From NCBI RefSeq assembly GCF_964213995.1, contig NC_135808.1:558001-622000 (forward strand): a stretch of DNA of 64,000 nucleotides. The letters run 5' to 3'. The notes beneath the pieces are model-generated. The model saw nothing but the letters and a program-made list of their open reading frames with translations, was not told the origin of the DNA and did no database searches. The position numbers and the translations under genes were made by a program. The DNA comes from Mustelus asterias. Taxonomy: Eukaryota. Below are positions 49,681-62,453 of this stretch, piece by piece; the stretch's first letter is position 1, and every line of letters starts with the position of its first letter.

Positions 49681-50709
49681 TGGAGCTCTCTCCCTAACAG
49701 CACTGTGGGCGTACCTACAAAACATGGACTGCAGCGGTTCAAGAAGGCAGTTCACCCTGTTATGATCCCAGTTGATGTTATAACTGGATGGGAAGATGCC
49801 AGAATGGAATCCTGGCTGAAAACACCGCAATTTCTTTTGAAAATAGAGTCACAGGATCGCTAATTCGTTTTAACAAGGAAAAAACATTTATTGAACATGA
49901 AAAGTTTGATTATGATACAATAATCCTTTACTTCCCCCCCCCCCTCCCCTCTTCCCCCCCCCCCCCCCCCTCGCAGCTTCACAAATATGCACAAAGTTTA
50001 AGGTTAACACAGATGGCAGAGTATATCTATATATAGCTATAGGTCCCAGTAGCACACAATCCCTTTAAACACACAGTTTGGCTGTGGTCAGATACACTCC
50101 GCCCTGAACCCAAGTGAAGTCCATGGATTTTTCCTCAAAATCACCCCTGATGATTCTTGTCTCACTGAACTCTTGCTTCCACACGAGTGATTGTAAATTC
50201 CACTTTCAAAAAGACACACTTTCAATTCTTCTTTTAAACAATGCTTATATGTCCATCAAGAATCATAGAATCCCTCCAGTGCAGAAGGAGGCAAAGTGAT
50301 CACCCAGTTTATGTTTGGTCTCTCCGATATAGAGGAGACCACATTGGGAGCAGGACAAAGCAAAAAAAAATTACAGGTTGGCCCTTTGATGCGAGTGTGC
50401 GGTGGGGAAAGAAATTATATATCAAATTGGAGGACATAGTTCACAATTATTGAACTCGACATTAAGCCCAGAAGTGCCGAATCGGTAGAAGAGGTGTTGT
50501 TCCTCCAGTTTGCGCTGGGCTTTACTGGAACATTGTAGCCGGCTGTGGAAATATGGATGTGAGGGCAAAGTGGTGAATGCAAACAAAATCCAATTGCAGG
50601 AGCCGCTCTACAGGATTACTGCTGAACAGGTAGAATAATTAATCTTTGGAAGTCATTCCTCTTTGAAATGGAGAGTACATTGTTGGCTTTAAGAGCCCGA
50701 ACCAGTCCC

Positions 50710-51357
50710 TCACTTTGTTCTTGGATGGTGAGGTTTCTTCAAGGTATCTCCCACTGTCCTGCGCAGCAATTTCTTCATTGCCTGGAGGTGATCTCGCAGT
50801 CTGATTTTCCATCCCAATTTCCCTGTCTCCTCTTGCCCGAAGAGCACTAACCCTGCAGTCGGCCCTGCTTGGCCGTTGATACCGGGTGCATCACCTGTGG
50901 GCACCGGTGGCACACCCTTTCCTTGCGTGCCATGTAACCCCACCGGCTCCCGCTCCGGGTACGCGTTGTCCTGATCTGCCGCTTCCATTCCGCCCTGGAT
51001 TGACGCACCATCAACAGTCGGTCGCTCATTTTGGAGGCTCTCATCCTTTGCTCTTGGCGCCACTCGGAAGTCGTCCGGGTACTTGATCTGGGCAAAGCTT
51101 GCCGAGGAAATGCGCTCCCAGGCGTCTCCCCCGTTGGCAGGGCCTGCGCCGTCACCCGTTTCATTTCGGTAGTTGTGCTCAGCTCGCTGGCTGGCGCTCT
51201 CCTTCAGGTTATTGAAGACAATCCGCTCCATCTCTTCCAGGTACATCTGCTGATATTCCCACCAGTAGTACGGCTTCCCGCAGCAGCGAGAGACGTGGCA
51301 GCAGCTGATGCAAACCGAGATTGTAACCAGTGTCAGTAACAGGGCCAGGCCAATTAC
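50710..51357 (-). CDS. CALHM/FAM26-like channel, final coding exon (TM4, C-terminal helix and long tail)
   Basis: CAG acceptor at 51358-51360(-), phase 0; VIGLALLLTLVTISVCISCC...YWWEYQQMYLEEMERIVFNNLKESASQRAEHN...WERIS resembles the CALHM TM4/CTH; in frame with ORF 50710-51246. Confidence 0.8.
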   Translation of the reverse strand, partial: VIGLALLLTLVTISVCISCCHVSRCCGKPYYWWEYQQMYLEEMERIVFNNLKESASQRAEHNYRNETGDGAGPANGGDAWERISSASFAQIKYPDDFRVAPRAKDESLQNERPTVDGASIQGGMEAADQDNAYPEREPVGLHGTQGKGVPPVPTGDAPGINGQAGPTAGLVLFGQEETGKLGWKIRLRDHLQAMKKLLRRTVGDTLKKPHHPRTK

Positions 51358-54049
51358 CTGGGGTGAACGGGAGACAAGGAGTTACTCTGATCAATGAAGA
51401 AAATGTGGCTGCTGTTTAATATGCTAAATAATCACAAACAATCATAGAATCTCTACACCGCCAACAACCCAACCCAGATCCTACCCCCGTAATCCCACAT
51501 GTTTACCTTGCTAATCTCCCTGACACTAAAGGATAATTTAGCATGGCCAATCCACCTAACCTGCACATCTTTGGACACTAAGGGGCAATTTATCATGGCC
51601 AATCCACCCAACCTGCACATCTTCGGGCTGTGGGAGGGAACCGGAGCACCCGGAGGAAACCCACGCAGACACGGGGAGAACATGCAGGCTTCACGTGGTC
51701 AACAAGGCTGGAATTGAATCTGGGTCCCTGACGCTATGAGGCAGCAGTGTTACCTGCTCTGCCTCTGTGCTGCCAATTATAAACTATGAAAAGAGCATGG
51801 AGAGTGAAACTGTACCAACATGATCTGAAAAAGTAAACTAGAGAGTGCTACAGAGATAAATCCGCCACATTATTCATTGATATTAATATGATCAATGTAA
51901 GAGATTTTCCCTCAAAGTTTCACTGCATTGTGCCTCTCTGCCTCGGAAATCTCCACCGTAATTTATCTGGTAACTCTTAATTCATTCTTTCACAAGCCTT
52001 GATAGACTCCCTCAGCCACAACTGCCTGACCCTCCCAACAAAATAAACCAGCTGCGTGTGGGAGGGGGTGAAAGTGACAAGCTGTCCATCAGACTCTCAC
52101 TATCGCACACTCTCCTTGATGGGAAAACGTAGAACGATTGAAACTGGGAGCAGGAGGAGGCCATTCAGCCCTTTGATCCTGCTCCGCCATTCAATATGAT
52201 CATGGCTGATCCTCTATCTCACCGACATACTCTTCCCCCAGAACCCTTTTGATGTAAGGGGGCTAAATTAGGCTATACTGACTTAAGAGTGAATGACCAT
52301 AAAATCATAGAATCTACAGGGCAGAAGGAGGCCATTTGGCCCATCGAGCTTGGACCGACAACAATCCACCCAGGGCCCATCCCCTTAACCCCACATATTT
52401 ACCCCGCTAATCCTCACGGGGGAATTTATCATGGCCAATCAACCTAACCCGCATATCTTTGGACTGTGGGAGGAAACCGGAGCACCCAGAGGAAACCCAG
52501 GCAGACATTTCTCATTTAAACATATATTTTGAATTTATAAAATGGATGCAGTTTGCTTTTAGAATACATTTTGTGAAACTTCAGCCAACAGCAAGATGCA
52601 GCAGGGTTTGATGGATGAAGCAGTAGCTAGAGCCTGTAGGACAATGGTTTTACTTAATGGGGCCACATTATCAGCAGTGATTGGGAACAAAATGGCTGCC
52701 AATGCCAGTTTGAGGAAAACTATACAGCTCAAAGCTGATAACACAGGTGCATGGCAGACATAAGGATTTTCTCAGGGTCGGACAAGTGGGTTTGAGTCTG
52801 TGGGAATCATTTCACTGTCCAACGTCCTGTGTTGCTGGAAAACCGAGGGAGGTAAAATCCGTAATTAAGGACAAATAAGATCCCATGAGGTCAGGGTGTA
52901 AATTGTTATTGGCTGGAGTTAGTGAGAGTAATGAATATTGACTGACTTGTATTAACGTTTACTGGATTGTGCCCACTGGAAATGTGGGAAATTTGAATTT
53001 GAAAATGTATAATTGCTCTCGCGGAGGCATTATTTTTCAGAGTGACATGGGGATGCCTGCATTCTCTACCTGGAGTGTTGGGCCTCTTTATATCATTCTC
53101 CCATTTGATCATTTGGTCAATAATGTCACATCTTAGCATCAATACACTGAGTTTCATGAGTCTCTGTATTTAGCTTAAGTTTAGCAATGCACAGCCTCAA
53201 AAGAAAATCTACGTCAACACCCTTGAGACCTTTAGAGTCCAGAAACCTATTTTCTTCTTAAATACATTCAGTGGCTTGGCCTCCACAACCTCCTGTGGTA
53301 GAGAATTCCACAGATTCACCACCCTCTGAGTGAAGACGTTTCTCCTCATCTCAGTCCTAAATAGCTTAACCCCAAATCCTGAGATCGTGCCCCTTGTTCC
53401 AGACTTGAGGAAGGTGAGAAAAAAAGTGAGAACAAACTTTGGCAGAGCTGAGGGTGGGGGGGAGGTGAGGAGAAATGTTTTTGGTACAGTCAGTTGCTAT
53501 GATGTGGGATGCGCTATCCTGAAAAGGTTCGATTTAATGGCAACTTTCCAAATGGAATTGGATAAATACTTGACATGGGCAGGAGGGGAGGGGAGGAGAG
53601 AGGAGGGGCTCTGGGGGCTGATGAGGCAGAAAATCCCAGCACTACGGTGAAAGGACGGGAGGGGGACCATCAGTTGATGGCGCTCTCAGTGAGCCAGCAC
53701 CGACGCAACAGGCAGAATGGCCTTCTTCTGTGCCCTAAGATCCCAAGAACCCAAGCAATCAGTATCCAGAAGAGAACGAGAGGCAAGTAGATAAAAGCAA
53801 TCGCCCTCGGGTAAGTAAGTGGATCATCCCGGGTGCATCTAAAAGGGGAAATCTGGGAGGGAGGGGGATAGGAGATTGTGAGAGGGGGCAGGGAAGAAGG
53901 ATGGGGATGGCGAGTGCACAGCATAAACTCCCCAGCATCGAGCAATTGGACCAAATGACCTGCTGTAAAACCCCACGTAACTCCCTGCAGGCAAAAACCG
54001 AACAAAGGTAAAGATAAAATGACCCAAAAAGAGAGAGCGAGGAACTCAC

Positions 54050-54592
54050 CCGCGATTCGAATTGAAGGGTGCGGATCAGCTCCGAATCATCCTTGGGTGG
54101 GGCTCGGTTTTGGGTGCTCTGGGTGCTGGCCATCGCAGCTGGGCTGGAGGGCAGCCTTAAGAAGTAATGGATACAGGCGTAACAGTCCCCATCCAGAAGG
54201 ACCACTATAATCCAAACCCAGGCGTGGTAGAAGACCTTGAGGAAGGCCAGGAATTTCCAGGAGCCAGAGGGGTGCTGGCGCCGGTCTGCACCCACTGGGC
54301 CGCCGCCAATCTTTGCCCCTTCTTCCCCCGGCGGGCACCTGCAGCACAGCAGACACTCCCGGTGCAGGAAGACACTCAACAGGGTCAGCACCAGAGCTGG
54401 CACCAGCAGGAAGGTCACGCCGTAGATCACGTTGTAGCCAGCCAGCCAGGGGCACTGGAAACCAATCTCCGCCATCTCTTGCAAGCCCCAGAAGATGGTG
54501 GCCACCACCAGGGAGCCCAGCACCTTGAAGACGGGTTTCCCCAATAGGGAGAGCTTGTCCTGCTCTGCAAGCTGCAGTATATGGAAGGGCAT
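54050..54592 (-). CDS. CALHM/FAM26-like channel, first recognisable coding exon (TM1-TM3); start may be the upstream in-frame ATG at 54694 or an unseen exon
   Basis: FQCP..GYNVIYGVTFLLVPALVL and WIIVVLLDGDCYAC are CALHM signatures; ends ESR|GTGAGT donor, phase 0, at the position of the conserved CALHM intron. Confidence 0.82.
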
Positions 54593-54779
54593 AGTGTGTG
54601 TGTGTGTGTGGGTGGCTTCAATCCCTCCCTCTTCTGAGGCTGAGGGCTCCCAACCCTTCCATTTGAATGACAATTGCGAAGTGATTGACAGCATCCCTGT
54701 TTGCTTTGCAATGCGTTCCTGCTCCTCCTCGAGCAAGCCCTGACTCTGCAAAGCAGACCTTGCAGATCTTGATTTAACC

Positions 54780-55500
54780 TATTTATCAATAGAAGCTTTT
54801 TCCCAGGATGGAAGAGTCAATTATTAGGGGCCATAGGTTCAAGGTGCAAGGGGGCAAGGTTTAAAGGAGATGTACGAGGCAAGTTTTTTTACACAGAGGG
54901 TGGTGGGTGCCTGGAACTCGCTGCCGGGGGAGGTAGTGGAAGCAGATACGATAGTGACTTTTAAGGGGCATCTGGACAAATGAATAGGATGGGAATAGAG
55001 GGATACGGTTCCCAGAAGAGAGGGGAATCTCATATTTATAAAATTCTAACAGGACTAGTCAGGATAGATGCAGGAGGGATGTTCCCAATGGTGGGGGAGT
55101 TCAGAACCAGGGGTCACAGTCGGAGGATTCAGGGTAGATCATTTAGGACGGAGGTGAGGAGACATTTCTTCACCCAAAAAGTGGTGAGCCTGTGGAATTC
55201 ACTACCACAGGAAGTAGTTGATGCCAAAACATTGAATGTACTCAAGAGGCGGCTGGATATAGCACTTGGGGCGAATGGGATCAAAGGTTATGGGGGAAAA
55301 GCAGGATTAGGCTATTGAGTTGGAGAATCAGCCATGATGGTGATGAATGGAGGAGCAGGCTCGAAGGGCCAAATGGCCTCCTCTTATCTTCTATGTTTCT
55401 ATGGAAGGGTAGGGATTTTTAGTTCACACGGGCAGCATGGTTGATGCAGGCTTGGAGGGCCGAAGGGCCTGTTCCTGTGCTGCAATTCTCTTTGTTCGTC
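54780..55500 (+). mobile_element. Two nested CR1-like 3' ends
   Basis: YKILTGLVRID...FFTQKVVSLWNSLP inserted into another CR1 3' UTR. Confidence 0.85.
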
Positions 55501-56264
55501 TTCCTGCTCCAACCAAACATCATGTTAATGTTTATTTATTCCTGTCACAAGCAGGCTTACATTAACACTGCAAATGAACTTACTGTGAAAATCCCCTAGT
55601 CGCCACACTCCAGCGCCTGTTCGGATACATTAAGGGAGAATTTAGCACAGCCAATGCACCTAACCAGCACATCTTTCGGACTGTGGGAGGAAACCCATGC
55701 AGACACAGAGAGAATGTGCAGACTCCACACAGACAGTGACCCAAGCTGGGAATCGAACCTGGGTCCCTGGAACTATGAGATTGCAGTGCTAACCACTGTG
55801 CCATCATGCCGCCCATCCCAATGAAAAGAAACAAACAGTTTGTCTGCTGCAGTGGAGTTTATTTTTGACACGATAGCACTGAACGTGAGCCAGGAATAGG
55901 AGGAAGCCATTCAGCCCCTCAAAACTCTTCCATCCTTCAATGAAAGCAGGGATCATACGTATCTTAAGTTCATCTCTCCACCTTACCCCTGTATCCCTGA
56001 ATCAATATATATTCTGCTAGGCATCTGATTTTCGAGCATACTCCAATCAACTACAGATGGTAAATGTTTGCATTTGGATGCAGCACAGATCACAGAATGG
56101 TTACAGCCATTCGGCCCATCCTCCTGGTGCAACCTTCCTGGACCCACTTTTCCCCTGGCTTTTTCCCCCCTTGCCCTGTAATATTTATCCTTCGGATTTG
56201 ATACCCTTTATCTCCATCTCTCAGGCAGTGCATTCCAAATCCGAACCACTCATACTAACATATA

Positions 56265-56645
56265 AATCAGGAGACAGGAATAGGCCACTCGGCCCATCGA
56301 GCCTGCTCTGCCATTCTATAAGATTATGGCTGGTCTGATTGTAACCTCAACCCCTGATAACCTTTCACCCCCTCGTTAATCAAGAATCTATCTCATTCTG
56401 CCTTAGAAATATTCAAAGTCTCTGCTTCCACCGCCTTTTGAGGAAGACAGTTCCAGAGACTCACCACCTTCAGAGAAAGAATTTCTCCTCAACTGTGCCT
56501 TAAATGGGGGGCCCCTTATTTTCAAACTGTGACCCCTGCTTCTAGATTCTCCCACAAGAGGAAACATCTTGTCCACATCCACCCTGTCAATATCCCCCTC
56601 AGGATCTTAAAGGGCTTGATCCTCTTTACTCTTCTAAACTCTATT
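56265..56645 (-). mobile_element. CR1-like LINE 3' end (others at ~59575-59970- and ~62715-62950-)
   Basis: Reverse complement of the CR1 ORF2 end and 3' UTR seen elsewhere in the window. Confidence 0.8.
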
Positions 56646-59600
56646 GTATCTAGAACACATACAAGGTGACTTTAGACCAACCTTATTTTCAATGTAAATG
56701 CAGAAACTATCCCATCAGAAGTCGTTCTTGTCACAGAATCCCTACAATGCAGGAGGCCATTGAGCCCATCGAGTCTGCACCGACCACAACCCCACCCAGC
56801 CCCTATCTCCTTAGCCTCACGCATTTACCTTACTATCCCCCTGACACTAAGTGGCAATTTAGCATGGCCAATCAACCTAACCTGCACATCATTGGCCTGC
56901 GGGAGGAAACCGGAGCACCCGGAGGAAACCCACGCAGACACGGGAAGAACGTGCAAACTCCGCACAGACAGTGACCAAAGCCAGGGATCGGTCCCTGGCG
57001 CTGTGAAACAGCAATGCTAACCACTGTGCCACCCATTCTGATGATGGGTCACTGGTCTGAGACAATAACTCTGTTTCTCTCTCTCCCCACAGACTCTGCT
57101 AAGTATTTCCAACATTTTCTTTGGGTGGGGGAGCATGTTGAGTAAAAAAAACATTTTTAAAAAATTTCATTTCCCCCCCTCCCCTCCCCCCACCCTCCCC
57201 CCACAATATAATTAGAGAAACACGAGGAACGGACACCAGAAAAAGTTGCTTAACTCTACACAAAAAAAGAGAAAAAGTTAATGAGGATGTAACTGAAGAC
57301 AATGCCGTCAAGGTTCAGGGGGGGTGGTCGTGCTGACTCTTGTATACACAGTACATCGAAAACTCAACCCTGGATCACGGGTTAGTTACAGCAATGCATT
57401 TCCTCGCACGATTAAACAAGTTTCAATTCACAGTAACGCGAGTCATCGTTCTCTTGCAATCATGCAGAATTCCTGCAGCAAAAGCCAGTGTGAGGAGGCG
57501 GCTGAATGAATGGTCAATTTGGAAATGTGACGGTAGCCCAGCATGAAGCCAGTTTCAGTGAACTTTAGCGTTAAGATAAGTACGAATGCTGTGATGCTGG
57601 GGAAATACACAGACATTTGTACCAATAGCCATCTTAGCACAGTGAACACGAGCTCATTTGTCATTGTATGTTACTAAAATCTGGATAGAACACACTGCTG
57701 ATGGAACACTCTCCACTTGCCTGGATGCTGCAGCTCCAACAACACTCAAGAAGCTCGACACCATCCAGGACAAAGCAGCCCTGCTTGATTGCGACCCCAT
57801 CCACAGACATTCACTCCCTCCACCAGCGACACACAGTGACAGCCGTGTGTACCACCTACAAGAACTCACCAAGGCTCCTTGGACAGCATCTGTCCACAGA
57901 CCTCCACCACTTAGGACAAGGACAGCAGGTGCCTGCAAATGCCACCACTTGCAAGTTCCCCTCCAAGGCACACACTATCCTGATTTGGAAATATATTACA
58001 TGTGGATCACGTGTGTATAACTACATGGCCTGCAGCAGTTCAAGAAACAGCTGTGAGTGTTGTTGGAGCCGCACTCATCCATTCAAGTGGGGGAGTATTC
58101 CATCCTGAATTGTGCCTTGTAGATGGTGGACAGGCTTTGGGGAAGTCAGGAGGTGAGTTACTCACCACAGGATTCCCAGCCTCTGACCTGCTCTTGTAGA
58201 TACAGTATTTATATGACTGGACCAGCTCAATGGTAACCCTCAGGATGTTGTTGGTGAGGGATTCAGCGTAATGCCATTAACAGGCAAGGGGCGATGGTTA
58301 GATCCATTTTTCTTGGGGATCATTAGCATCATGTGTGACATGAGCGCAACTTGCTACATGTATCTGCTTTCAGGTACACTGTCCTTAGGGCGGCACGGTA
58401 GCACAGTGGTTAGCACTGCTGCTTCACAGCTCCAGGGACCTGGGTTCGATCCCGGCTTGGGTCACTGTCTGTGTGGAGTTTGCACATTCTCCTCGTGTCT
58501 GCGTGGGTTTCCTCCAGGTGCTCCGGTTTCCTCCCACAGTCCAAAGATGTGCGGGTTAGGTTGATTGGCCGTGCTAAAATTGCCCTTAGTGTCCTGGGAT
58601 GCGTAGGTTAGAGGGATTAATGGGTAAATATGTAGGGATATGGGGGTAGGGCCTAGGTGGGATTGTGGTCGGTGCAGACTCGATGGGCTGAATGGCCTCT
58701 TTCTGTGCTGTAGGGTTTCTAAGTTTCTAAGTCATTCCATTGATTGCTGTGGCCGTCTGCCGTTGCCTTCTGTAGTGTAGCCAACCAGGAAACTTTCCTG
58801 CTTTTACCGCTTGCCACAGCATGTTGGATTTGCAGGCTCAATCAACCTTCCGTGGCCACCATTTCGTAAAGTGGAACTTGAACATGGAGTTTCTGGTCCA
58901 GAGGGAGGGTCATTACCCCTCATCAGGAGACCTCCTGCTACAAGTACGACAACTTGGGTAGCACAGTGGTTGGCACTGCTGCCTCACAGTGCCAGGGACC
59001 CAGGTAACTGCCTGCGTGGAGTCTGCATGTCCTCCCCGTGTCTGCACCAGTTTCCTCCCACACTCCAAAGATGTGCAGGTTAGGGTGGATTGGCCATGCT
59101 AAATTGCCTCTTAGTGTCAGGGAGATTGGTAGGGTAAATACGTGGAATAGGGGTTGGGTGAGATATGTTGGTGCAGGTTCGATGAGCCGAATGCACATTA
59201 GGGATTCTAGGAACTGGCACTTCAGGTGCAGCATATCAGCTTCAAATCCCTGACAGCTGGAAAATGAAGGAAGCTACGTCTACTGGAGTCTCTCTTTCCA
59301 GAAAAAAAAATGCGGATATCAAAACTTCACTGGTTTGTTTTAAGATTTAAAAATAACAACTGCAGAGTGGCTGACTTATTTATAAAATCTGTATAACCCC
59401 TTCTTAATTTTGTTCAGTGACCAGACAAGGCACAAATCATTAGGTTTTGAATTGGAAAGCAGTAATGGTACAAGATTTGCAGCATCAGAAGAGATGCACA
59501 GGACAATAAAGCCATCCTGAAGCAGGTTCTCAAAGGCTTCAGAAGCAACATAGCACGGTGATATTGACCTTCATGAACCATAGAAAAATTACAGCACAGA

Positions 59601-62327
59601 AAGAGGCCATTCAGCCCATTGTCTTTCCGTCCACTAAAAAAGAACTAACCCCCTCCCCCATTTCTAATCTTCCTGCACCCAGTCTGTAGCCCTGACACTT
59701 ACAGCACTTCAGGTGCAGATCCAGGTACCGACCTCTCAAATGAGTTGAGGGTTCAACAAACCAGGCAACGAATTCCAAACACCCACCACCCATGAGCAAA
59801 GAGGCTTTTCCCTCCTGTCCCCTCTAACGTTTTTACCATTCACCTTCAATCTATGCCCCTTGGCAATTGACCTCCCCGCTAAGGGGCATCAGAGCATTCC
59901 GTCTACTCTATCTAGGTCCCTCAGAACCTTGAGCACCTCACTTGGGTCAGCCCTCAGCCTATGCTTTCAGACTGGTGACATCTGACCCGGAAACAGTACA
60001 GCAAGGACAATTTGTAACTTTCTTCTGTGCAATTTGTATTTCCTTTTGAATGTTTAGAAACGACTTTTAAAAGTTTGCATTAAATGTAAAGGGATCAATT
60101 GTAATTTTCCAGGATAATAACGATTCCTGGTCACATGACTGGGTGACACTTGACCTGCCAGTAGGAAGATAATAGTGGCTGTCTGACACAAAGACCTACA
60201 AGCGGAGGAGCTGCAGGGCGAATATAACCAATGCACAGATGAAGACAAAGAAAACAGAAAGAGCAACATACAATTCTTGTGAGAAGTAGCAAATCACTCC
60301 CATAAATAGGTCAGTTCTTCTCTTTGGCGGAAAAGGAGACAGGAGCTCTTGAAGGTACAGTGCAAGCTGGGTAAAAAGGTACAAAACATGGAAAGTCATG
60401 TAAATATCTTGGAAACACTAAAAAGCTGTTTTTTTACCGCCAGAAGTGACCAAACCATGAACCAGGGTGCTGTTGAAAAGAAACTCTGGAAAGCTAAACG
60501 ATCAGGTCTGACCAGAGAGGATGAGGATTTATTGAGGTATCCTATGTTGATGACAATCATACCCGATTAAACTCGAGGTGAAAGCTGTTGATAGGATTCC
60601 TGACCTATATTGTGAGATTAAAGTTTAGGGATGGCATGGCTGTTAACACCACTGCCTCACAGTGCCAGGGACCCGTGTTCAATTCCCTGCTTAGGTCAGT
60701 GTGTGGAGTCTGCACGTTCTCCCCATGTTTGCATGGGTTTCCTCCGGGTGCTCCAGTTTCTTCCCACAGTCCGAAAGACGTGCTGGTTGGGTGCATTGGC
60801 CGTGCTAAATTCTCCCTCAGTGTCCCCGAACAGGCGCCGGAGTGTGACAACTTCATTGCAGTGTTAATGTAAGCACAATAAATAAACTTGTGAAACTGTG
60901 AATTCAGTAATTAGGCAATGATGCAAATGATGTTATGAGGGATGCAAATGTTTGGGATTGCTAAGACGTTATCTTCGTTTTACTGACTATTTGAAGTGAG
61001 ATGCACCTTTTCATTGGAAGTATTATTTGTCTGTTAATTCACATGGACTGACTTTTATTCACGGATTTGACTCGTGTTGAAGTAAAAATGACAGAAAAGT
61101 GGAATCTTGGTGGTAACTTCTTCATTTGAGGGGGCGGGGGGGGCATTTGAATAAATTTGATTAGTTTGGTTTTCAGTTCTCCCACGGGAGATTGTAACAA
61201 ACTTGATGCAGATGAAAGGGATAAGTAGTAAAATAACGGGGAGAGAAATCTAGTCAATCACCTTCTGAAATGTTATCTTTAATTCCACCGTGATGGTACA
61301 TCACAATATTTCAGAACACACTGGATGCCCAGCTGTACAATAGAGTCAAAGCTGAGTCTACTTTCCTTGTAACAAAAATACCAGTTTAGTAATATTCCTT
61401 TTTTTAAAAAAAAATTTGCAAGCTGCGTACCTCCAGTCAGCTGTGTGCTTGACTCATCTCCAAATCAGCGTGTAAAGAACAAACAAGGAAAGCAAGTTCA
61501 AGGTGAACTTTCCAATGCGTCAACAGAATATTAAATCACATCGTATGAGAAACTTGCCTCAGAATTTGAACCTGGGCCAAATGCAACCCATCAGCCTGAG
61601 GATTTCTCCCCCCCTCCTCCAATTCTGCTAACTGGTTGAGTTTGTCCGGCGTTTTTCTCCATTCTGGGAGCTCCGGGGACCAGATAAGTCTCGGCACAAG
61701 CAACCCGCTCACACCTACAAATGGAGAATACTTAGCCACACTGGGAAGCCATCCAACTCAGTCTCTGAGCATGATTTTGCCGTTCCTCTAACTTAACGCA
61801 ACTCTGAAAGGGTCGAGAGTGCGTCTTTTCGACAAGATTGTGAGAAAATAAATTCCAAACGGTTTTAAGAAATGTAAAAAAAAATACAAAAATAATTACG
61901 TCGGACGCAGGTCATCGGGGCAGTAAGTTGGTGATGACACGCAGGGGATGACGCACTGCCCTGCTGAAACGAGAGTGCTCAACACCACGGATATCCGAAT
62001 TCAGCTGTGCCACTGTACAATGGGGCTGGGGGAGAGGGGAAGTGAGAGAGACCGAGACACAATCTGCTGTCCATTTTTGTGGCAGCGTACAGTGGTCGAG
62101 ACAGGGTCTACTCTGACTATCACTTCAGATACAACTGTCTCAGTGCAGGGGATAGTAAAAAACAAAAAAATCACAACCAATTTATAAGTCACGATATTTG
62201 AAAAGCAATTTGGTGAAATTCAGATTTCCGTGTTGGTGTTTGGCAGCCGGGATCTCGGTGCAAATTCCCCAACCCGTGTCTTTCGCCCCCTCCGCTTGCC
62301 GTCAAGTGTCCGCACTACGGTCTAATC

Positions 62328-62453
62328 TCACTGCTTCTGCTGCATTGCTTCTTTCCTTGCTGCGTCCTGTAACAACTGCGTATCCACCTCATCGGCGGGC
62401 AGCTGTACATAACGCACCACCGAGCCACGGATAAAGCAGTTCTTCACGGAGAG
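62328..62453 (-). CDS. LSM2: LSM2 (U6 snRNA-associated Sm-like protein 2), last coding exon; upstream exons not seen in the window
   Basis: After the TTCCTCCCTCAG acceptor the minus strand reads LSVKNCFIRGSVVRYVQLPADEVDTQLLQDAARKEAMQQKQ*, essentially the vertebrate LSM2 C-terminus; not in the ORF track. Confidence 0.95.
   Translation of the reverse strand, partial: LSVKNCFIRGSVVRYVQLPADEVDTQLLQDAARKEAMQQKQ

Noticed and set aside
53759-54049. C-terminal part of the 330-aa ORF 53759-54751
   Set aside because: Read-through into the intron beyond the GTGAGT donor at 54049; CALHM similarity resumes in the exon starting at 51357.
57036-57120. CTGATGA-containing hammerhead-like remnants (also ~28981, ~29226)
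   Set aside because: The GAAA core and/or stem II are disrupted; at most dead copies of another dispersed repeat.
60054-60600. Hydrophobic short ORFs between the CALHM-like gene and LSM2
   Set aside because: No family motif, frames are interrupted and no convincing splice structure; cannot be supported without RNA data.
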